A stretch of DNA of 64,000 bases, from positions 9,056 to 73,055 of the forward strand of contig MCFE01000451.1 in assembly GCA_002104905.1 (NCBI GenBank). The letters are read 5' to 3'. A model generated the notes under the pieces. That model had not been told where the DNA came from, did not search any database, and saw only the letters and a program-made list of their open reading frames with translations. Of this stretch, positions 24,190 to 35,573 are shown piece by piece (position 1 is the first letter of the stretch; the number at the start of each line of letters is the position of its first letter). A program made the translations under genes and the position numbers. This DNA comes from Basidiobolus meristosporus CBS 931.73. Lineage: Eukaryota > Fungi > Basidiobolomycota.

Positions 24190-26540
24190 ATCACAAAGTT
24201 AATTTCCTGTGACTAAGAGGTACTAATCTTGTCAGGGCACCATCCAGAGACCTTTGAAATAATTGCACCCCAGATTTTGCAAAAAACTTTGTCAAAATTT
24301 TTCATCACAACTATGTATAAGTGGCTTTTGATTGGTTCCCTGCCAACTTGCTCACTTTCTGATCCCAGACACTCCATTGCATCCTATGTTTGTGAGAATT
24401 GATTTGCTATTGCCTCTTTTTCACACTCCTTACTTCCTGACTCAACCATTTCTCTTACTTTTCATGCATACAAATTGTTATATTTCCATTGAAACTTCAA
24501 TTGTACCTCATTTGCCAATTGTATTGACCTATACAAGTCTCTATACCCTACACTAACATTAAGCCCAACCCTGCACTCAACAAGTAACTCCATTAAAATC
24601 CACCACTCAATAAATATTTTTGCTGTAACGCTCTGGTTCCATGACTTTTGCAAGAACCCAACGGCTTTATGCCACTGTTCATTCACTGGTTCCCACACAT
24701 CCTGGTCTTCAGCCTGCACTGCAAGGTCTAGCTTCTCATCTGCCAGTCTTTGCAATATGTTCTTGCAATATTCCAGTGCATTTTCTTGAGCATTGCTCTT
24801 GAAGAAGTGCTGCAACCTACTGGTGTGCCTATTAATGCTCCAAAACTCCACTGAAGGCATTGTGATAGTCTTTAAAGCTCTTGACATTGTGGCCTTGTCT
24901 GTCAGTGGGATCTCCACTCTGTCAACAATGGAGGCTGTGGTAGACAAATTGCCTTTTTCAGCAAACTCATCTACCTCACTGGAGTGTAGCTCAACTGGCT
25001 GCACTTCCAACCCTTGTGAAAACAGCTGTTTTCTTGTTAGTAATTCTTCTTGGCTATGATGGGATTCAGTCTGCTCCTGGCTTGCAGCATTAATTGGCAA
25101 GAACTGCAGTTTTTTTTTGCATGCCTCCTTGTTTCAGGCTTGGGTAGATATTTTTCACTTTACCTTTTCCTTTATCACTGCCAGGTCTTTCACTGCTACT
25201 TTGTCTGAGTGCTTCTTGTAAAGAACTACATTTTCTCCGGGAAAAATTCTGCTCTGACGCATCTGTTTTGGCCTGCTTGTCCCTTGCTGGCACTCTTCTG
25301 GCAACCTGACGTTTCTTTTCAGCTTATTTGGAGCTCTCAACTGTAGTTGTAACAGGCTCCTGTAAAAGTGGCTGGTTTTTATCACCGCCAGGTCCTTCAC
25401 TGCTACTTTGACTCAGTGCTTCTTGAGTGGCACTACTCTTTTTCCTTGATAAATGTTGTGCTGGTGCATCCATGTCTGCCTGCTTATCCTTAATTGGCAC
25501 TCTTCCAGCTGCCTGACATCTCATTGACGCTTGTCTGGAGCTTTTGGCCCTGCTTGTAACAGGCACTTGAGGAAGCTGCTGGTTTTTAGCCATGACACCA
25601 TTGTACTTCTACCTTTGATAGTTTCTGCTATTCTTAAGATACTTTCTTAGCATACCAATGCTAGCCCAAAATTTTTCTGCCCATTTGAATCCAGGATAAT
25701 GCTCATGGAACAAGTCAAGTGCATTCTGCTTGGCCTTCAGTTCCTGATGGTCCCATGGTATGCCAGCGTTAAGGTGCTGGTGTGCAAGACTTCTGACAGC
25801 CTCTTGTATATTAGCCCACTCTTAGTTATTGCACTCAACGACTTCACGGATCTTCAATGTCTTTTGATTTTTAGGCTTATATATAAAGCCACATTGTCTC
25901 CCTCCCATGCTGTGATAGATTTTTCTGTGGGCCTTATCTTTGGGCACTGTTGTTGTGCTTCAAAGACTGTACAGTGTTCCTCTGCTGTTACATTCGGATA
26001 TGGCTCAATTCTTGGCTGTGACATTGAGCTACTTGAGTTCCTTCTTTGCAGCAAAGATACTGCTTTCTCCACCTGGGATATTGATTGCTCTACTCATATT
26101 ATCTGCTCACCCTGTTTCTGGACTACTTCCTGATTTCTCTGGGCCATTGCATCTCTCTTATCAGCCACTGCACCTGATAGCTTCATTAATGCATTGGTAT
26201 GTGCTGACAACATACTTGCTAATATGGGTGGTGGTGATGTTATCATGGCCACTTGCTGATCTTCAACTGAGGGTTCTGCGTTTGCTACATTCTCATCTGC
26301 CTGGGCATAATGGTCAGCTTGTGGCTCTGCAGAGGTTCTCAATTGCCTACTTGACTGATAGCCTGAGGAGTCCGCATTATTACCTTCAATGGGCACACTG
26401 TCCAAAGGGCCTTTTTTGGATGTAGCCCTGCTTGTTGCACTGAATGTCAAAGCAAGCTGTTGTCCAATCATTCTTCTGTTGCCATCAGTGGAGGGGTTTG
26501 GTTGAGAACCAGACAACTTTGCTTTATTTTTTAGCTGCAT
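24190..26540 (-). pseudogene. Accessory gene of the EnSpm element, function unknown; ~780 codons, broken
   Basis: Colinear ORF pieces 26094-26540, ~25960-25610 (IYKPKNQ...WASIGMLRKYLKNSR), 25324-25593, 25090-25293, 24462-25100 and ~24420-24190. Homologous pieces recur at 34688-35580, 37568-39063 and 63676-63830. Confidence 0.7.
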
Positions 26541-26762
26541 ATATATAGAAGTGAGTCAAACCAAAGGGGAATTAGTGTTACATATACATGTGTATGTGGT
26601 GCCACAACTTTATTTATAATGCTTACTATGGCAGGTCATCTTTGAATCTTACATTCATGTAGATGCAATGTCTCAGATACAAGACTGTCTTAAGTTCACA
26701 TGAGTATTGACCAAAAAGTGATACAATAGTGTGACATTGTTGAAGGTCAAACTGTTTGCCCC

Positions 26763-29529
26763 ATGGACAAGACAACTTTGACCCAACGCTGTAAGGGAAG
26801 AGGAAAAAGACCAGGTGGCAATTGTGGTAAGCCTCTCAGCTATGTAGCATGCAGACAGCATAGGAAGTATTACAAGGATCACGGCCAGTGTTTTGCCACC
26901 AAAGTCATATTTGACCGTTCATTGGTCACTACTGTACCAGCATTATCTTGCTGGCCAGTTGATACTTTTATATTGGCACCTGGCCATCTTTGTCACCTTG
27001 TGCAAACTGAGTCAGGTGAGTTTGTGACGCCTTTAGGCTCACCTCAGCCTTCTGAATATGGTACTCAGAGTGATAGCTCTGACAAGGAAGGTTCACTGAT
27101 GGATTGTGAGCCTATCTCCACTAACAACAGTACCACATATGAGCCCAGTCAAATCCCTATATGCAATGAGACAACACCCATTGAAACAAATGCCAAGGAT
27201 ACTTCATGGAGCCAAGTGAGCCCAGTAATCCATCTACTGGGGAATGATATAATGTTGTGGCTAGAGAAGTGGCGCATTTCCACTAATATCAGTACGGGGG
27301 GCTTTGAGGATTTATTACTACTTCTTGCCAAAATCATGCTGGGATGCAACTTACCATGTACATGGTACAAGTGGACAACATTCACATGGCTGGCAACATA
27401 TGATCCAGAGACTATCCTGATTCCAGCATGTGTTAACAGTTGCATGGTGTTCACATCCAAATATGCTACCATTGCAACATGTCCAAATTGTCAGGAATCC
27501 ACCACCATTGAGGGAAAACATTGTTCACACTCTGGATATATTCCGGTCATACCCCATCTGAGGAAGTTGATGCAGTCCAACAAATATTGCAAAGCTATAC
27601 AGTACTGCACTGAGTATTAATCAAGTGCCAACATATCCAATATATTTGATGGCAAACATTACAAACAGCTAAGAAGCAAGGGCTACTTTAAAGGTATGTA
27701 TGACCATGCCTTTGCTTTAGCACTTGATGGATTCTCATTAAACAATTACTCTACCAGCAAATCCTGCTGGCCACTGATTCTCATCAATCTGAATTTGCCA
27801 CCCATCTTACAGTATGAGAGCAATAATCTGATGGTAGTCTCACTGGTATCTGGGCCTAAATATCTGTCCAAGCTGGATTGCTACCTGTATCCATTGCTGG
27901 GTGAGTTATGTATGCTTCCCAGCAAGATAATGGTAAATGGCCATCATGTAAAAGCACATATTATTATCTGCATTGGAGATACCCCAGCCATCAGTAAGAT
28001 AGCAGGTTTTTCCAGGCACAATGGATGGTATTGCTGTCAAATATGTGAGATCCAAGGGATTTACTCCATAACTCACACACATTATTATTACCCAAACACC
28101 AGCACTAAGACTATCATCTTTCCACAGAGAGAATGTACAGAAGTAAGCATGCAATTTCAGCAAAGTTGGCAAGCTATCAGCCATTGGCTGGAATATGGAA
28201 TCAATTGGAAACTGGAGATACTAAAGATAGAGGGTATTTGTTGGAGCAAAAGCTTTCCACTGGGAGCAATGCATTTACTATTCAGCAATACCCCTATACT
28301 GATGACCAAGTTGTACATGGGGCATTTCAAGCTAAATGAGCCCTTTGAGATACCAGAGAAATTTGAAAAAATTGGCAAGAGATTGCAGAGTATCCACTAC
28401 CCTAAGTACTTCTCACAGGCTCCAATTAATATTCATGCACATATGCAACAATACAAATGCAAAGACTGGATGAACTGGATATGTATTTATTCAAGTGGTT
28501 TTCTGAAGCCATTCCTACTGAGAGTACATTGGAAGCATTGGGAGGCATATGTGAACATTGTAGGAATATTTATCCAGAAGTGGATCACCAATGCCAACTT
28601 GACGCATCTACAGCTGTTGTATGAGGAGTTTGTGATGGGACTTGGGTGGCTATACTACAAACATAAAGCTGAATGAGTAGATCTCTGCCACTAATGTATC
28701 CATTCTTGACTCCATCTTGCACGGTGTGTGGAGAATATTGGGCCTTGCTTCACCTTTTGGGAGTTTCCTATGCAGCGGATGCATGGGGAGATAGGTACAC
28801 AAGTCAAGTTGCAGGTACTACCATATCCCAATCTCATCAAGAATATTACCTTCAAGTCTGTCATGGATGTGATGAGTTGGCACATGGAGGACAGCCAGAA
28901 AGAGTTGGAAAATACTGAGGACAAATGTGCACATGGAGACACCTATGCCTATGGTATTACAAAGCTAAGCAGCCCCAATATGTGGGTAATCAGTTAAGTA
29001 ATGCCAAGTAGGGTTGGATGCAACAAGCAACTAATTTTTATCAGGAAAACTCCACCAAGATATGCAGGATTTCTCATGGTCACAAGCCAACTTCTACACC
29101 ATTCAATACGGAATTCATACAAACAAAAGCCAGAGCGCACCTATAAGGAGGACTAGAATCCAGCAGGGAGAAGGAATATAATGGCTAGATACTAAGAAGT
29201 TCTTTGCCAATATTCAGGAAGTATTCATGGCAGAAGTGGCAACAACCAAGCATATGTTTGCCAGATGTATATGCTACCAGCAGTACAAGGTATAGGGCAG
29301 CTTTGCAAGTATCACACTAAAAAGCCATAAAGTTGAGGTGATAGAAGTATGTCAATTGCGGCAGGTGTGTGCATTTGTAGAGGTTAGTAAGCAGGAGGCC
29401 ATAGATTTTTTGATTCAAGCTTAATGTGGAATACCCAAGGTAGTAGTGGGTAAGCAAATAAAGAAAGGCAATTCTACAGTGGAACATATGAATTGCACAA
29501 GGGGAGGTAGAAAAAGGAAATACCATTTA
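26763..29529 (+). pseudogene. EnSpm/CACTA Tnp2-family (Transposase_21-like) DDE transposase, interrupted
   Basis: CVNSCMVF...TCPNCQE, ALALDGFS...SCWPLILINLNLPP...GPK, IGDTPAISKIAGF..HNG..CC.IC, PLGAMHLLF and KCKDWMNW are family-typical motifs. Confidence 0.88.
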
Positions 29530-29915
29530 GTAAATTGGTACGGTAGCATTATACAGAACCAGCAGCAGGCCATCATACTGATGAAAAATGCCATCAGAGT
29601 CATGCTGTGAGGCCGTCAAAATACTATCAAGTTTCTTTCCATACAAGGCAATTGGAAGTCCTGGCCATCTGGATCCACTTAAAATAGTAATAGCAACAAT
29701 ACCATGCAAATATTGTCACAGCTCCAATCAAAAATTGTCAAGTTTTATCCCTTTATTTGGCTGTAAAGTTTGCAAAACACCGTCATGATCTTGTTATAAG
29801 ATTATCAGGAGGGTCACTAACTCCAAGCTGCTGTTATTATAATGGTCTCTAAACAGGATCTTGGCGGATGATCCGGATTAGATCCAGCCGGGTGACCAAA
29901 TTATTTTTCATAGGG

Positions 29916-32276
29916 TATCTAGATGGTGCAGCCCAAAAGATAAAGATCTTCTGTGACCACAACAACCTTCAGTACTTTACCACCTCAAAAGTACTAAGCC
30001 AAAGACAAGCCCGAGGGTCCCTCTTCCTGTCCAGCTTTGACTTTGTCATCACCTATAGACCAGGTATAAAACAGGGAAAACCTGATGCTCTATCCAGAAA
30101 GGTGGAGTATTCCCTTGAAGAAGGGGATGATGCCTGTTGGCAAATGAAAAAACCTGTACTCAACAAAATACACATTGAGCTCCTTGCAACCCAGTTGTCC
30201 AGTATTATTGCTCCCTCACTCCTTAGGAAAGTCAAGGCCAGCCAAGCCACCAGTTCCATAGCCGCAACAATCAAGAAATATCCCAAATCCTCCACTGACC
30301 CACCACCCAAGTTCCCAAACCTCCAGTACCTACATCCAGTCAATGACATCATCTACCACAAGCACCAACTGTATGTTCCAGACCTTGATACCCAGTTGGA
30401 TATCATCCATTCTCACCATGATCCTAAGGCTGCAGGAAATTTTGGTACTGCCAAAACCATGAATGCAATCAAGAGAGACTTCTGGTGGCCCAAGATGATA
30501 TCTCTCATCAAGAAGTACCTCCAATCCTACGCTATATGTGTATGTGTAAAATCTGCTAGACACCAGCCATATGGACTTCTCCAACCCTTGCAAGTCCCTG
30601 ACCAGCAATGGAAGTCAATTTCAAGGGACTTGATCACTGACCTCCCAGAATCCAACCAATTCAATTCAATCCTAGTAGTGGTAGATTGGCTCACCAAGAT
30701 GGCTCACTTCATTCCCTGCTCAAAGAACATAGATGCTAAGGAGATACCCACTTAGTAATCAAGAGCATTTTTTGGCTCCATGGTATCCACAGTGACATTG
30801 TAACAGATAGAGGACCCCAGCTCATATCAAAGTTCTGGAAACACTTCATGCAATATCTTGGCAAGCAAGTCAAGCTCTCAACCACTTTTCATCCACAGTC
30901 AGATGGCCAGACAGAGAGAATTAACCAGATCCTTGAACAACACCTCCGGTGCTATATCAACTATCAGCAAGTCAGCTGGACCAAACTGCTACCACTTGCA
31001 GAACTTGCCTATAACAACTCATGTCATAGTGCAACAAGTCTTGTTCCATTCTATGCATATTGTGGTTTTCATCCACAATTTGATATTCAGATCCCAACCA
31101 ACCCTATGAGCCCCCCAGCAGCTGAACATGCATCAACAATTCTAGATATCCAAGAAACATTCAATAAAGAACTATCCTTAGCCCATGAGGGGTACAAGAA
31201 GTTTGCAGACAACAAATGGCACCGTAGCCCCAAGCTTAATGAAGGAGATTTGGTATGGCTCTTGAGCAGAAACATTGCTACCAGCCACCCTTGTGAAAAA
31301 TTAGACTACAAGAAGCTAGGTCCATTCAAGATCAAGAAGAAACCTAGTTCACTTGTGTACCAACTACAGTTGCCACCAAGTATGAAAATTCATGATACAT
31401 TCCATATATCCCTCCTAGAACCATTCCATGAAAGTACTCTACCCAAACAGTACCCAGCAAATCCCCCAGCCATCCAAGTGGACAAACACTAAGAGTTTGA
31501 AGTTCAGCAAGTGTTGGATTCAAAGTACATCAGATCCCAACTTCACTATCTGGTAGATTGGGTGGGTTACAGCCTAAATGATCAAACTTGAGAACCTGCA
31601 GCAAACCTTACAAACTGCCAAGATCTAGTTGCGCTATTCCACCAGACACACCCCAACAAGCCAAAGCCAAAAGCTTGAAGAGAGCCCCTCAAAAGAGGAG
31701 TATAGGGTCATGATCACATGACATCCCTGGTCTCCAACTATATAGCTAAATCAAGCTAGTGAAGAAATCCCAGTTCCTTCTAGAAAGTTCTATTACATTC
31801 TAGCAACTTCTTGAAAGCTGCAAGTCAATGTTACATAATAGAACATTATATGGAAGCTTACCATTACAATTTAAGTAGTCCCATGCCATATATGGTAGCA
31901 ACATCCGACATGACCTAGTCACATGACCAGCCTACCCCTGATATATTGCCATGTGATATTCCAGTTTGTTCTTTAGTATATTCTATCATGGCACACCTAC
32001 TGTGCCTCACCCCAGAAACCCATCAGTATTAGCCAATATCCCCATCAGTATTAGCCAATATCCCCATCAGTATTAGCCAATATCTCTTGGCATTCATATT
32101 GCCAAAAAGCATATATAGTCCTATCCCCCTTATGTATTCCTCAGTCTGATAAACACAGTTCTTGAATAAGCAGCCTTGCCTTGGAAATCTGCCTTACCTT
32201 GTTGATCCACACCCAAGTCCTTTCCTGGTCCTGCCTTGCCTAGCCCTACTCTCCTGCCTTGTGTCTATTCATAACA
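29916..32276 (+). mobile_element. Gypsy-Y chromovirus, 3' part: RNase H end, integrase, chromodomain and 3' LTR ~31706-32276; inverted near-duplicate of 21313-~23400
   Basis: DHNNLQYF, RQAR, KPDALSR, HPQSDGQTERINQ and LGPFKI motifs. PPT AAAAGAGGAG at ~31691. Confidence 0.92.
32019..32084. repeat. 3 x 22 bp perfect tandem repeat inside a Gypsy-Y LTR
   Basis: CCCATCAGTATTAGCCAATATC repeated three times. It is single-copy in the other two Y LTRs. Confidence 0.95.
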
Positions 32277-33380
32277 GAAGTGATCTTGGGATCATGGTAG
32301 GAGGGAGCCTGGATAGGCTGTTGAGCATTTTGGCTCTGGAGCTGAGAAACAGAGTTTATGAGGTCTGCAATGTCTTGTTGTAGCTGGGCAAAGGCAGCCA
32401 TGAGACTTCCAAAGTTATACTCTGAGCTGGACATGTCATGGTAGTGGGAGGCAGAGAAGTCTCTTGGACATGTTCAGGAATACTGGATATTGCTAGCTAA
32501 TTTTTGGGTTTTAAAGCCACTAGTTTATCAAGAATACAATTTTTGAGCCACAATCCCCAACTTTGAATAAGTTAGCGTCACTTCAGAAGGTACTGACTTT
32601 AACATCCTTTGATAGAGTATTGTACTAAAGGTTCCAATACTGTAACAACTGTATACTACACCTGCAGGGTAATGAAGTGAGTGCAGCTTTGGCAATAATC
32701 TTACAATGATAAAGAATCTTTGCCTTTAGAGGACAAGACTAGGGAAAGATTCAGGGTGATACGTATGGTAGGTATTTCTTTACAAGTTCTTCTCAAGAAC
32801 TTTGGATAGAAGGCAGAGATCCACAGGTAAGTTAGGAGCAGTCTGAAAAAACTGTTATGAATAGACACAAGGCAGGAGAGTAGGGCTATGCAAGGCAGGA
32901 CAAGGAAAGGACTTGGGTGTGGATCAACAAGGCAAGGCAGATTTCCAAGGCAAGGCTGTTTATTCAAGAACTGTATTTATCAGACTGAGGAATACAAAAG
33001 GGGGTATAGGACTATATATACTTTCTGGCAATATGGATGCCAAGAGATATTGGCTAATACTGATGGATTTCTGGGGTGAGGCACAGTAAGTGTGCCAAGA
33101 TAGAATATACTAAAGAACAGACTGGAATATTGCATGGAGATATGTCAGGAGTCAGCTGATCATGTAACTAGGTTATGTGACATGTAGTTACCATATATGG
33201 CATGGGACTACATAAATTCTAATGGGAAGCTTCCATAGAATGTTCTATTATGTAACATTGACTTGCAGCTTTCAAGAAGTTGCTAGAATGTAGTAGAACT
33301 ATCTAGAAGGAACTGGGATTTCTTCACTGACTTGATTTGGCTAGATAATTGGGGACCAGGGATGTCATGTGATCATGAAA
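32277..33380 (-). mobile_element. Gypsy-Y 5' part: 5' LTR 32853-~33380, leader and gag start (ATG 32434), truncated
   Basis: LTR homologous to 21313-21840. The gag N-terminus MSSSEYNFGSLMAAFAQLQQ...YHDPKI abuts the + strand LTR end. Confidence 0.85.
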
Positions 33381-35573
33381 CCTTGGGTGTTACACATATA
33401 TTTGGAACCAATAAAAACTATGCCCTCTTACAAACCGCTACATATGCTCTTATAGAAGTATCAAGTGGCTGGCAAGATATTATTGGTACTCAAGAGACAA
33501 ATGAGTGGTCAAAATGACTTGTGTGGCAAAATACATGACTCAAAGGCCTGTTAGAGTGGCCATGTGGTTGTTCTCCCCTCTTGTATAGCATTTAATCAAA
33601 GTGATCCAGTCCATGGGGCCAAAAGCTTCACACTCCATAATATAATGCCATTATAGCACTTTTTGTCAATACTCATGTTATTTAAAACAGTCTTATATTT
33701 GAGAAATTACAACTACACAAGTGTAGGATTCAACAATAACCCACTGAAGTAAGTATTATAGATAAAGATGTAGCACCACATATACTTGTATATGTAACAC
33801 TATTCCCCATTTGGTTAGACTTACCTCCATACATATTTTGCCAGAAAATAAAGCAGAGCCTTCTGGTTCACAACCAAATTGCACTGCTGCCAGCTGCAGA
33901 AGAGCAGCTGACAACAGCTTGCTCAAAGCCCCCATTACTGATATTTGTGGAAATGCACCACTCCTCTAGCCATTACATCACACCATTAACCAGCAGAATT
34001 ACAACTGGGCTCACTTAACTACATAGAGTATCCTTGGCTTTGTCTCTATGGGTGTTGTCTCCTTGCACATTGGGATATTGCTGGGCCCATGCAGGGTAAT
34101 ATTGTAAGGGGAGATAGGCTCACAATTCATCAAGGAGCCTGCTTCCTCAGAGCTATCACTCTTCATGCTATATTTAGAAGGCTGAGGTGAGCCTAAAGAT
34201 ATGACAAACTCACCTGACTCAGTTTGCACAAGGTGACAGGTATAGCCAGGTGCTGTTATAAGCAAATCAACTGGCCAGCAAGAAATTGCTGGTGCAGTAG
34301 TGACTAATTAATAGTCTAATATGACATATGTGGCAAAGCACTGGCTGTGATTCTTGTAATACTTCCTATCCTCTCTACATGCTTCAAGGCTGAGAGTCTT
34401 GCTACAATAGCCTCATGGTCTTTTTCTCTTCTCCTATGGTGTTGAATCAAAGCAGTCTTGTCCCTAGGGCAAACAGTTTAACACTCAAAAATGTAACAAT
34501 ATTATATCATTTTTCTGTTAATACTCATGTTATATTAAGACAGTCTTTTATTTGACACATTGCACCTACATCAAAGTAATAATCAATGATGACCCACCAT
34601 GGTAAGTATTATAAATAATGCTGAGGCATCATATACACATATATATGTATCACCATCTCCCCTGTGGTTTAGCTAACATCCATTTTATTGTACCACAAAA
34701 TAAAGTTATCTGGTACCCAACCAAGCCCCTATGCTGGCTGCAGTAGTAGAATGGTTGGACAGCAGCTTGCTTTGGCATTTAGTGCAACAAGCAGGGTTGC
34801 AACCAAAAAAGGCCATGTTGACAGTGTGGCCACTGAGGGTAATAATGCAGGCTACTTGTGCACTTGGTCAGTATGCAATTGAGAATCTGTGCAGACCCAC
34901 AAGTTAATCCTCATGCCTAGACAGATGAGAATGTAGCAAGCACAGTACCTCTGGCAGGTGACCAACAAATGCCCTTCATAACATCACCACCACCAGTATC
35001 AGTAAATATCTTGTCAACTCACACCAAAGCATCAATGAGGCAAACAGTTGCAGTGGCTGATAAGATAGATGCAGTGGCCCAGGGAAATCAGGAAATAGCT
35101 CAGCAACAGAAAGTGTGGGTATTACATGTAGAGCAGTCAATATGCCAGAGAAAGAACACAGTATCACCCTATGAAAAATAATTGTGACAATCCTGTCAAA
35201 AGACCTTCCCAAACTCTAAGTCTTGTGACTAAGAGGTATTAATCTCATCAGGACACTGTGCAAGGATTGTCAACAAGTAATTGCACCCCAAATTTCACAA
35301 AAAACTTAGTCAAAGTTTTTCATCACAACAGTACAAAAGTGGCTTTTGATTGGTTCTCTGCCAATTTTCTCACTTTCTGATCCCAGGCACTCTAGTACCT
35401 CCTAAATTTGTGTGCTTTGGTTGGCTATTGTCTTTTTTTCACGCTCCTTACTTTGTAACTTGACCATTTTCCTCACTCTTCATGTATACAAATTGATTCA
35501 TTTCTGTTGAAACTTCAGTTGTGCCTCAATTGCCAATTGTAATGCCATATCCAAGTCCCTATACCCTATAATA
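33381..35573. mobile_element. Mosaic of EnSpm fragments: two transposase 5'/divergent-promoter segments, accessory ORF 5' part (+), and a left end with TIR at 35167
   Basis: Homology to 26100-27200 (e.g. CHLVQTESGEFV) in inverted orientation. CCCTATGAAAATAATTG at 35167 is followed by sequence matching 24151-24560. Confidence 0.78.

Larger units (their letters stand above)
24151..29915 (+). mobile_element. Full-length CMC/EnSpm (CACTA-like) DNA transposon, 5765 bp, with two divergent genes, degenerate
   Basis: TIRs CCCTATGAAAAAT at 24151 and its reverse complement ending at 29915 fit the CMCWR terminal consensus. Tnp2-type transposase on + and a second ORF on -. Confidence 0.88.

Noticed and set aside
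29530-29790. Possible third small ORF near the EnSpm right end (29588-29788, similar to 19705-19983)
   Set aside because: The similarity appears on both strands and is explained by nucleotide homology. Frameshifts differ between the copies.
32019-32084. Short direct repeats as a CRISPR-like array
   Set aside because: The units are contiguous with no spacers, and the context is a eukaryotic LTR.
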